From an uncultured bacterium (GTDB lineage Bacteria; CSSED10-310; CAZUFC01): DNA of 64,000 bases. Where the stretch lies: contig CAZUFC010000026.1 of the NCBI GenBank assembly GCA_964619725.1, forward strand, positions 1 to 64,000, read 5' to 3'. Below, piece by piece: positions 31,101 to 38,211 of the stretch (its first letter is position 1; every line of letters starts with the position of its first letter). The position numbers and the translations under genes were made by a program. The notes under the pieces are model-generated. The model ran no database searches. It worked only from the letters and a program-made list of their open reading frames with translations, and was not told the DNA's origin.

Positions 31101-31103
31101 TGA
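28101..31103 (+). CDS. DGR target 1: DUF4062 - NACHT NTPase - FGE-sulfatase/C-type lectin fold protein
   Basis: IFISST..DL...ME.FGARP...RYG...SMTWLE (DUF4062); GAPGGGKTT, LLLDGLDEV, VTSR, NPVML, FWHLTFQEHYAA (NACHT); YPVT, PVVYVSWYEA, RLP.EKEWE, DMAGNVWEW, GFRLV (FGE). Alternative start ATG 28146. Confidence 0.92.
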   Translation: MTSFSRINDNESPKRMLNIFISSTAEDLETHRTRLINAVQRSGHHPSYMETFGARPDQPVEGCRKLIKKSDAVIVIVAYRYGYVPDRDEGGDDKHSMTWLEVKAAEEFNKPVFAFLVDEKAPWTKMREENLLNEVLEDVEASQRILSNMRSLREFKKYLEKKCMRDKFRSEDDLAEKAISSLSRWINEEFGLRTSIPASDAVSETEILEGYLNKLLPETRWIDIRGISAERGSSKDMWRFPIEELFTPLKTTGFANKAGGFKPDMEKRRPDDMPLKTEEQDQRPELSDFLKDNRKLLLIGAPGGGKTTFLRLISCVLAKDLLGEKHGFTQPGRSVHLGLHLTDEPPVPVFIRLALLASYMNKDDDVPCNDHISRILNLFQKLYGEQTRDILEKRLNEGRCALLLDGLDEVADTDMRCRITNLVDEILQKWGENLVIVTSRPHGYKEVEGLKGVVKLEIDEFNEKDTAEFLNKWVNVIYSEQDMESRNSYHQELEAAIGSSRNIRRMARNPVMLTCLCVVHWNERKLPEGKADLMSAVLRWLVDVRKEQRKNEGYTNTFAEECFKSLALGMTNHPGGKKSVVDIAWAAEQLAKPFHTEQGIDDLETVRRKGSHILESEMIFSGIIERVGLGQLRFWHLTFQEHYAARRISELSDLDDETGWWPLIKPHIYDQQWFELLDHFAGCLSRKGREKLNLLVERFLNDCDDSDLASVAKTVGILGRLLRVLEEYEYTPPPQLGWEKARERVMEIFKVEGAKKVKIKQRITAAEALGQSGDPRLELRERKKNFRPIPGLEKIKLGIYPVTVEEYKAFVEDDGYRKQDFWGEYWRIREKNEWNAPDNWERQLDKPNRPVVYVSWYEAKAYCRWRSKTERREYRLPAEKEWEAAAVNPDGPYPWGKEEPNNELANYYFAGPRETTPVGVYPAGATPEGHLDMAGNVWEWCEDDVTKEYKGDRPLRALRGGCFWLDAVCLRSTDRDWLEADYRSDDLGFRLVVAASTVDV
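30955..31091 (+). repeat. DGR variable repeat VR1
   Basis: 137-bp ungapped match to TR; 18 mismatches, all opposite TR adenines. Confidence 0.97.
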
Positions 31104-31135
31104 ATTATTGAATATTGATCTTTATTCTTGGGGTT

Positions 31136-31154
31136 CCAGGGGCGGAGCCCCTGG
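31136..31154 (+). promoter_or_regulatory. DGR target-recognition hairpin/cruciform downstream of VR1
   Basis: CCAGGGGC-GGA-GCCCCTGG, 32 nt after stop. Confidence 0.85.
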
Positions 31155-31242
31155 CGAACGCAAAAACGTAATTATGTCATTTTGTAAACCCCGCCATGCA
31201 ACCAAAACGACAAAATGACAAACAAAATGACAAGCGTGACAA

Positions 31243-32250
31243 TCATTGACGGATTGCCGCAAAACCGGTCAAACCGCGATAAGAAGACAACGAACGGTAA
31301 AAATCCTCCGGTCTTCCATGTCCGGCCAGATACCGGAGCCTTCTCCTCATCCTCACCAGCATTCGCCTGGATGGTCTTATGCCGGAACGTGAAACATGAT
31401 ATCCCAGATAAATGAAAGCGCCCGACGTCCGCCTGGGTTGAACAGAGGGATTCTTTATCCGCAGTCGCCTATTTTTCATCAACCAGTCTACGGCTGCTTC
31501 CTTCGCCTCGGCCAGGCGCCGGCGGGAATCGGAAAAAAGAGCTGTATCGTCCATGTAACGTTGAACGTGAGGTATTTTCAGCTCCCGTTTAAGGAAGTGG
31601 TCGAAGCCCGACAGGTAATGATTTCCCCACCATTGACTGGTTAAGTTGCCTATCGGCAATCCGCAATCGTAAGGCGGATACCCTGGCGGCAAATTCAGCT
31701 TTTCGGAAACGTCGCGCCTTCTGTAAATCCCACGCCCGCTGTCAGCGATTAATCTCAGCAACCATAAAAAATCATCGTCTTTTATTTTTTTCCTCATTAT
31801 CTGCATCAATATGTTAATATCAATGCTCAGAAAATAATGAGCGATATCCATCAAAAGAGCAAAACGATATCGCCTGACAGCGCCGAGAAAACGAATCACG
31901 GCCCTGTGCGATCCTCTGCCCGGAAGGCATGCGTAAGTTGTATCGATCAATCCCCTGTCCATGAACGGTGCGATAACTCTGTGAACTGCATGATGAACGA
32001 TTCTGTCACGTACCGAAGCGGCAGAAATCAGTCTTATCTTAGGGTCATTAATGAAAAACAGATGGTATCCTCCGTGACTATAATTTTTCTGCTCCAAATC
32101 ACGACTCAATTTAATAATTTCTCGATCCGCTTCGGCCTCGAATCGTCTGACCGAGGGCCGGTTCCGTTTCCCGCGACGAAATTGCCGCCAGGCACGCCAA
32201 AGATTCCTTATTTCTGCCGTTTTATGAAAGAGGTCGCCGGCTCTTTTCAT
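31243..32250 (-). CDS. DGR reverse transcriptase
   Basis: DPKIRLISAASVRDRIVHHA, YACLPGRGSH, MDIAHYF.SI, GLPIGNLTSQW (DGR-type SQ), RYMDD, FIYLGY; 335 aa with no maturase or endonuclease domain. Confidence 0.95.
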   Translation of the reverse strand: MKRAGDLFHKTAEIRNLWRAWRQFRRGKRNRPSVRRFEAEADREIIKLSRDLEQKNYSHGGYHLFFINDPKIRLISAASVRDRIVHHAVHRVIAPFMDRGLIDTTYACLPGRGSHRAVIRFLGAVRRYRFALLMDIAHYFLSIDINILMQIMRKKIKDDDFLWLLRLIADSGRGIYRRRDVSEKLNLPPGYPPYDCGLPIGNLTSQWWGNHYLSGFDHFLKRELKIPHVQRYMDDTALFSDSRRRLAEAKEAAVDWLMKNRRLRIKNPSVQPRRTSGAFIYLGYHVSRSGIRPSRRMLVRMRRRLRYLAGHGRPEDFYRSLSSYRGLTGFAAIRQ

Positions 32251-32437
32251 TTTCTGCCCCTATGCGGTTTTGTTTCTGGAATCCTTATCCCTGTATGAAC
32301 ATTGGACGGCTTTACAGAAACGGAAAGCCCGGCCGGACGTTCGGCGCTTGCCTACCAGAACGGCCGGGCGAAGGTTAATTCGGCATGCCGCAGCACGCCC
32401 GGATTCCTCCTGCACGGTGATCATCATCTTTCGTCAG

Positions 32438-32574
32438 CGTGTTCGCGGCGACGACCAACCGAAAGCCGATGTTGTCGTTCCGGTTATCAGCCTCGTTCCT
32501 GTTACGGTTCGTTGAGCGAAGGTTATCAGCATCGTTCCAATAGCTGCCGCCCCGCAGCGCCCGCAGAGGGCGAT
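32438..32574 (-). ncRNA. DGR template repeat TR (part of DGR RNA)
   Basis: between avd and RT; 31 adenines, 9 AAC codons in target frame; matches both VRs. Confidence 0.95.
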
Positions 32575-32601
32575 ACTTTTCAGAGAAACCCTCGGTCATC
32601 A

Positions 32602-32934
32602 TTATATCTCTTTCTGCTTTTTCAACCAACCGCCGATTTGCCGTCCTATAAGGTCCGCCTGCTGCGAAAATTCCAGGTAACTCATCTCTGTAAGTAACCC
32701 AAGCTCGAATCCCAACGCCATATATGCCCTGAGCAGACGCAGATCGCAGTCGGCATCGGTCAGGCTCTCGAACCTGTTGCGGCCTTGTATCGCAAGCGTT
32801 ATATCGTCAAGAAGATGAAAGCTTGCATTTATCAGTCTATTTTTCAATAAAGTGTAGCGCGGCAATGATTCCAGTTCCTCAAGAAGTACTCCGCATAAGG
32901 CCATAACATCTCTGTACAAAGGCGATTCTTTCAT
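32602..32934 (-). CDS. avd: accessory variability determinant Avd (four-helix bundle)
   Basis: 110 aa helical protein, LPRY, LRLLRAYM, C-terminal IGRQIGGWLKK; immediately upstream of TR. Confidence 0.85.
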   Translation of the reverse strand: MKESPLYRDVMALCGVLLEELESLPRYTLLKNRLINASFHLLDDITLAIQGRNRFESLTDADCDLRLLRAYMALGFELGLLTEMSYLEFSQQADLIGRQIGGWLKKQKEI

Positions 32935-32938
32935 CAGA

Positions 32939-33565
32939 CTAATAACCCGTCGGATCGCGGCGGCTGCCGAATCCTTGAAAACGCTTCCTGTACGATCTCT
33001 TTTCAGTACTCCTCACCAGCGATGATAAAAAAGGGATGTAATCCTGCTCTATCCTGTCCGCAAATTCAATACGCATCGATTCATCCGCTCCGTTTTTTAT
33101 CAGAAGTTGAATGACCGCAGAGGCCGCCGCTTTCCGGGCTTCATTATAATGCAGCGACTTGTTGTTCGGTTGATACTCGTGACACCCCCGGCAAAGCGCC
33201 GTTAGAGAATCCTCAAGAAGACGGCTCGCCGGATGCTCCTCTCCCAGACGCAAACTGGTCTCTTTGTATATGATTATCCCCGACTTGTAAGCCCGCAGAT
33301 CACGAACTGAATAATACCTGCCCTTTTTCACTTTGCCCACGGAACGGCCCACAGGGGAAATCGCCTCATCCGCCGCATCCTGCAGATTCTTCAGTCGCAT
33401 GGCCGCCGCTGTCCTCTGCGCATTACTCAAAGGCAGAACTTCAGAATCGATGACCCAGCGGCCGCCCTTTTTTCGTGCCGGCAATTCATTCTTCTTAATG
33501 GCGTAACGCAACTGCCTCACGCTTTTACCCAATAAGTCAGCAGCCTCTGATAAGGACAGTTCCAT
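32939..33565 (-). CDS. helix-turn-helix (excisionase/HTH_17-like) protein fused to a four-helix-bundle-like domain; likely start ATG 33565
   Basis: LSLSEAADLLGKSVRQLRYAIKKNELPARKKGGRWVI; C-terminal SVRDLRAY...LCRG...HYNEARKAAASAVIQL; AAGGGGAA RBS. Confidence 0.75.
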   Translation of the reverse strand: MELSLSEAADLLGKSVRQLRYAIKKNELPARKKGGRWVIDSEVLPLSNAQRTAAAMRLKNLQDAADEAISPVGRSVGKVKKGRYYSVRDLRAYKSGIIIYKETSLRLGEEHPASRLLEDSLTALCRGCHEYQPNNKSLHYNEARKAAASAVIQLLIKNGADESMRIEFADRIEQDYIPFLSSLVRSTEKRSYRKRFQGFGSRRDPTGY

Positions 33566-33706
33566 AAGTTCCCCTTTTGTCAAGATTGTTTCAATATCGG
33601 CAGTTTGTCAATGCTGTCTTTAACAAAACTGCTGTAATTCTTACATATTGTCAGTAATTTGTCAAGTTTAAACGGTGAAAATGACGAAATTTCGAATTTG
33701 TCGCGG

Positions 33707-33725
33707 CCAGGGGCTTCGCCCCTGG
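33707..33725 (-). promoter_or_regulatory. DGR target-recognition hairpin/cruciform downstream of VR2
   Basis: CCAGGGGC-GAA-GCCCCTGG on the minus strand, 32 nt after stop. Confidence 0.85.
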
Positions 33726-33757
33726 ACCCCTGAAAGACAAGAACAATTATCAATAAA

Positions 33758-36700
33758 TCAAACATCAACCGTGCTCGCGGCGACGACCAACCGAAAGCCG
33801 ACGAGGTCGTCCCGGGGACCAGCCTCGCTCCAGAGACGGTGCGGAGAGCGAAGGTTACCAGCAACGTCCCAATAGCCGCCGCCCCGCAGCGCCCGCAGAG
33901 GGCGATTTGAACTCCCCCCATATTCTTCAGTAACATCATCTTCGCACCATTCCCAGACATTTCCCGCCATATCCAGATGACCGGCCGGCGCAGCCCCTTT
34001 CGGATAAATTCCCACTGGTGTGGGGCTGTCCACGTTACTGTAAAAATTCGCCAACTCAGCATCAGGCTCATCTTTCCCCCAGGGATACGGACCGTTCGAG
34101 TTCCGCGCCGCATCTTCCCATTCTTCCTCGTAGGGCAGCCGATAATTCCGTTTCCGCTCCAGTTTAGAACGCCATCGGCAATAGGCCACGGCTTCGTACC
34201 AGGAAACTTCAACCACGGGTCTATTGGGCGTTTCCAACTGGTCCTCCCAACTGTCGGGTTTAGTCCAGTCGTTATCTTCACGAATTTTCCAGTATTCGCC
34301 CCAGAATTCCTCTTTGGAATAACCGCCGTCATCGACGAAGTCTTTAAACTCTTCGACGGTTACGGGATAAATACCGAGCATAAGATGTTCGCGTCCTGGT
34401 ACAAGCTCGAAGTTATTAACCCGCTTTTCCGGCGTCAGGCGAGGGTCTCCGCCCTGTCCCAGTCCTTCGGCCGCGGTAATTCTATCTTTGATTTTGACCT
34501 TTTCTGCGCCTTCAACAGTAAATATTTCCATAACCCTGTCGCGAGCCACTGTCCATCCGATCTGCGGCGGAGGCGTGTATCTGTAGACCTCCAGCACTCG
34601 AAGCAATCTTCCCAGGACGCCGACTGCCCTGGCCGTTCCCGCCAGTCCTTCTTGTTCGCCCTGTTCCAGAATACGTTTAACCAGTTTAGTCAGTCCATCC
34701 CTCCTTGTTTTTGCCAGGCACCCGGCGAAATGGTCCAGCACTTCGGCCCAGTTGCGATCATGCACATGAGGCGATATGATCCGCCACCACCCTTTTTCAT
34801 CATCTTCATCCCTGCATTGAGCCAGCATGACGGCAGCATAGTGTTCCTGAAACGTCAGGTGCTTGAACCGGACCTGTCCTTCATTGACTCTTTCCACTAT
34901 GCCGCTGTCCATCATTTCACATTCTAAAAATCGAGTTCCTTTATCGTTCAATTCCCTATGGTCCGTAATGCCGAATTCGTTGTAAAACGGTCCTTTCAGA
35001 AATTCAGCCGCTTCCGAAAGATCGGCGACGGCCTTTTTACCGGCTTTATGAGTCGTCATTTCAAATGCCAAGGTCTTGAAACACTGTTCAGCGAATTCAT
35101 TGCCGTAACCCCTGGATTCACGGACATGCTTGTGGGAATTCAACAACCACTTGAGCACAGCGGCCAAAAGATCGGCTTTACCTTCCGGCAGTTTTCTTTC
35201 ATTCCAGTGAACCACGCAGAGGCATGTGAGCATGACCGGGTTTTTCGCCAGTCTTCTTATCGTCGGCGATGAGATGATCGCTTCATTCAGCTCGAACCTG
35301 AGCTTACGGCATTCCCTTTGATCTTCGGGAAAAACCGCTGCCGCCCAGCGATCGATAAATTCGATTATTTCATCTTCGCCGAAATCGGAGATATGAGTGG
35401 TATTCATGGTTTCCAGTTCGGAGACTCCTTCGTATCCGAATGGACGTGAAGTGATGACGATCAGGCTCTTTTTCCATTTTTTGACGGAAGCTTCCACGAT
35501 ATTGATTACCTGCTCCCGTCTTTCCAGTTCAGGGACCTCATCCAGTCCGTCGAATAAAAGAGCGGCCCGTCCTTTGATCAAACGATTTTCGATAATATTA
35601 CGCATGGGTTTCCCATGGATGGATTCCAGGTATTCAAAAAGGCAGCGAACAGGGTTGACGTCTCTTCCCTGGTCATTTCTGGAAATATGCTGGGAAAGCG
35701 CGGCCAGGGTAACGAATACAGGCAGCGGAGCGACTTTCGCCAGGTCAAGCCCCAGGTGGATATGCCGTTCCTTCGCTGTTTCATTTTTCATTTCCGTAAG
35801 CATATCTTCCGCGGTAACGCATGCGATGAACCGTAAAAACGTGGTTTTACCGCCGCCGGGAGCCCCTACCAGCATCAGTTTGCTGCAATCCTTCAGCAAA
35901 TCTGAAAGTTTGACGTCGCGTTCTCTTTCCATACCGGCATGCTGCAATTCATCGTCACCGCCGGCGCTGCGTGATCGTCCTCTCCTGACCGCGCACTCCG
36001 GTCCCGCCGTTTTTAAAGGCGTAAACAGTTTTTTGATGGAAAAATGGCTGGCGGCATATCCTTCGCCCGCTCGCGAACCGATCCCCTGTATCTTGATGCG
36101 GGAAAATTGTGATACGACCGACTCCAGGTATTCCCTCAGCGCCTTCCTTTCAGAAACATGGTGCAGTTCTATATCCGGTCCGGGAACCGGTGGCGTTCGA
36201 TCGCCCGGTCTGAGAACGTCGATTCTCTCTCGCAGATGGTTTGAAAGCGCTGTTACCACTTTTTTCGCCAGGTTATCCGGGTTCAGGAATGTCGTTAAAG
36301 TATGTTTGTCGTTAAGGTGTTTTTTGAAGTTTTTGAGTTCCTGTATCGCCTTGTAAATATCCTGAATTTCGTGAGGTTTCGCCTCTTCCATACGGTCCTG
36401 TTCTTTCGGAAGAAAACGCTTAAGAGAATCGTCCGCAATATAAGCGAACACCGGAATGCCTTTTTTCTCAGCCGCTTCAACCTCGAACCAGGTAATGGAC
36501 TTTGCTCCGTTCCCGCCTTTTTCCGCCGTAGGGACCCATCCATAACGCCATCCGACGATAACGACCAGCGCATCAGCGCTATCTGCCATGCCCAAAGATT
36601 CGTTCAAAGGTGTATCGGGACGCGCTCCGAAGCTTTCCATCCCGACTGATTGAATGTGAAGATCGTCGACAGCTTCCCGGACTGCATTGCGATAAGGCTT

Positions 36701-36784
36701 CAGGTCTTCATAAGTAGAGGATATAAAAACGCGAAAAGCCCTGTGCCTGTCAAACGTGTTATCAGGATAACCATTTCGGTTCAT
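33758..36784 (-). CDS. DGR target 2: DUF4062 - NACHT NTPase - FGE-sulfatase/C-type lectin fold protein
   Basis: VFISSTYEDL..MESFGARP..RYG..SITWFE; GAPGGGKTT, LLFDGLDEV, ITSR; DMAGNVWEW..GFRLVVAASTVDV; paralogue of 28101..31103. Confidence 0.92.
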   Translation of the reverse strand: MNRNGYPDNTFDRHRAFRVFISSTYEDLKPYRNAVREAVDDLHIQSVGMESFGARPDTPLNESLGMADSADALVVIVGWRYGWVPTAEKGGNGAKSITWFEVEAAEKKGIPVFAYIADDSLKRFLPKEQDRMEEAKPHEIQDIYKAIQELKNFKKHLNDKHTLTTFLNPDNLAKKVVTALSNHLRERIDVLRPGDRTPPVPGPDIELHHVSERKALREYLESVVSQFSRIKIQGIGSRAGEGYAASHFSIKKLFTPLKTAGPECAVRRGRSRSAGGDDELQHAGMERERDVKLSDLLKDCSKLMLVGAPGGGKTTFLRFIACVTAEDMLTEMKNETAKERHIHLGLDLAKVAPLPVFVTLAALSQHISRNDQGRDVNPVRCLFEYLESIHGKPMRNIIENRLIKGRAALLFDGLDEVPELERREQVINIVEASVKKWKKSLIVITSRPFGYEGVSELETMNTTHISDFGEDEIIEFIDRWAAAVFPEDQRECRKLRFELNEAIISSPTIRRLAKNPVMLTCLCVVHWNERKLPEGKADLLAAVLKWLLNSHKHVRESRGYGNEFAEQCFKTLAFEMTTHKAGKKAVADLSEAAEFLKGPFYNEFGITDHRELNDKGTRFLECEMMDSGIVERVNEGQVRFKHLTFQEHYAAVMLAQCRDEDDEKGWWRIISPHVHDRNWAEVLDHFAGCLAKTRRDGLTKLVKRILEQGEQEGLAGTARAVGVLGRLLRVLEVYRYTPPPQIGWTVARDRVMEIFTVEGAEKVKIKDRITAAEGLGQGGDPRLTPEKRVNNFELVPGREHLMLGIYPVTVEEFKDFVDDGGYSKEEFWGEYWKIREDNDWTKPDSWEDQLETPNRPVVEVSWYEAVAYCRWRSKLERKRNYRLPYEEEWEDAARNSNGPYPWGKDEPDAELANFYSNVDSPTPVGIYPKGAAPAGHLDMAGNVWEWCEDDVTEEYGGSSNRPLRALRGGGYWDVAGNLRSPHRLWSEAGPRDDLVGFRLVVAASTVDV
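33770..33906 (-). repeat. DGR variable repeat VR2
   Basis: 137-bp ungapped match to TR; 19 mismatches, all opposite TR adenines. Confidence 0.97.
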
Positions 36785-36868
36785 AACATCACCGCCCTTG
36801 TTGATGGCTGTTTAACAGGATAAATTTAACCAGACGTATGACTTTGTGTCAATATCTTAAAGGGATTC

Positions 36869-37029
36869 GGGACTGATCACACACGGGTTACACTTTTTTC
36901 AAGTCTTGTGAAAGTTTGTTTGATTAATCGGAGTCGGTATCAGGATCGAAATCTAAATCGAAATCGAAACAAAATTATGGGATATCCGGAATAATTGTAA
37001 CCTCAAAAGACGCTTCTTTGATCAATGTC
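36869..37029 (+). repeat. dispersed repeat family A, copy 4 (right flank of DGR)
   Basis: GGGACTGATCACACACGGGTTACAC...GTAACCTCAAAAGACGC..TTTGATCAATGTC. Confidence 0.85.
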
Positions 37030-37282
37030 GAAAAACGTCAGGCGAAAGCTTCAGGAAATTGAGCCACGGATTTTCACGGATCGAACACGGATGAAATGAA
37101 TTTGAAATATGAAAAATGAACCGGACGGCGAAAACGCTGAACCAAAAGCTTACGCGTCTTCGCCGCCGCCGGTTATACGCATGACGATATGTTTTTGCCG
37201 TTTCCGCTGGACGTGCATGAAATCAAATTGCTTTTTTCAGCATGTGATGCTAGATTAAAACTTAGGAATGGGTGGAGAAAAG

Positions 37283-38155
37283 ATGATGAAATTTGTTGAT
37301 CCTAAAAATGATGTAGCGTTTAAAAAGATTTTTGGAGATGAGAACAAAAAACAGATACTCATCAGTTTCCTCAACGCCATTCTGGACTATATCGGCACCG
37401 ACAAGGAAATCGAAAGCATCGACATTTTGAATCCTTACCAGATTCCGAAGCTGCCGGGGCTTAAGGAGACTATTCTGGATATTCGGGCCGTAGACAGGCG
37501 CAAAGTCAGCTATATCATCGAAATGCAAGTTTTTCACACGCCTGCGTTTGAAAAACGAGTTCTTTACTATGCAGCCAAGTCCTACGCCATGCAGTTGGAA
37601 AAAGCCGAAGATTACCCCCGGCTGAACCAGGTGATCTTCATAGGTTTTCTGGATTTCATAGTATTTCGAGATGATCCTCGATACATGACGCGTCATCTGG
37701 TCCTGGAAGAAAAAACGAACGATCACTATTTGAAGGACTTGGACTTTCGGTTTATAGAATTACCGAAGTTTACCCGGGAGCTGGATGAAATAAAAGACGT
37801 CAAAGAGAAGTGGATATATTTCGTGAAAAATGCGGCGGACCTCCAGATTATACCCGCCAATATGAAAGAGCCTCCTGCTTTGCGCGAAGCTTTCGAGTCA
37901 GCGGATCAGATGAGTTGGAGCAAGGAAGAATTGCACGCTTATGATGCGAAGGGCATTTACATCCAGGACGAACGGGGCAGAATTGAACTGGCGCTGAGGC
38001 AGGGTGAAGAGATCGGCATGGTTAAAGGCGTAAAGATCGGAGCAGAAAGGGAAAAATTACAAACAGCCCTGAAAATGAAAAGGGAAGGTCTGGATGTTTC
38101 CATTATCATGAAGGTTACCGGGCTTTCACGTAATGATATTGCCGGATTGAAGTAA
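37283..38155 (+). CDS. Rpn family recombination-promoting nuclease / PD-(D/E)XK putative transposase
   Basis: DPKNDVAFKKIFG, LISFLNAIL, ILDIRA...IIEMQ, RVLYYAAK, FIELPKF, C-terminal GxxxG repeats and VTGLS. Confidence 0.9.
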   Translation: MMKFVDPKNDVAFKKIFGDENKKQILISFLNAILDYIGTDKEIESIDILNPYQIPKLPGLKETILDIRAVDRRKVSYIIEMQVFHTPAFEKRVLYYAAKSYAMQLEKAEDYPRLNQVIFIGFLDFIVFRDDPRYMTRHLVLEEKTNDHYLKDLDFRFIELPKFTRELDEIKDVKEKWIYFVKNAADLQIIPANMKEPPALREAFESADQMSWSKEELHAYDAKGIYIQDERGRIELALRQGEEIGMVKGVKIGAEREKLQTALKMKREGLDVSIIMKVTGLSRNDIAGLK

Positions 38156-38211
38156 TCTGACGGAAGATAAACGTCCGCTTCGGTTGCCGTATTTTTTTTC
38201 TTGAATTATTC

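Larger units (their letters stand above)
28101..36784. mobile_element. diversity-generating retroelement (DGR) cassette with two target genes
   Basis: RT + Avd + TR + two VRs with adenine-only mismatches + downstream hairpins. Confidence 0.97.

Noticed and set aside
30480-31103. FGE domains as formylglycine-generating enzymes for the nearby sulfatase
   Set aside because: The would-be catalytic region is the hypervariable VR, and the sulfatase has APHTHSSLAS rather than C/S-x-P-x-R.
31243-32250. RT as group II intron, retron or Abi RT
   Set aside because: Short, no maturase domain, SQ motif, adjacent Avd and adenine-specific TR/VR pairs all indicate a DGR.
33580-34332. 250-aa minus-strand ORF and the similar 229-aa ORF 30529..31218
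   Set aside because: Alternate frames of the two paralogous target genes; their mutual similarity follows from DNA homology.
33977-36356. Long plus-strand ORFs (316 and 319 aa)
   Set aside because: Antisense shadows of target 2 with no recognisable motifs.
37060-37115. CACGGAT short repeats followed by ATGAATTTGAAATATGAA as a gene remnant
   Set aside because: Too short to assign.
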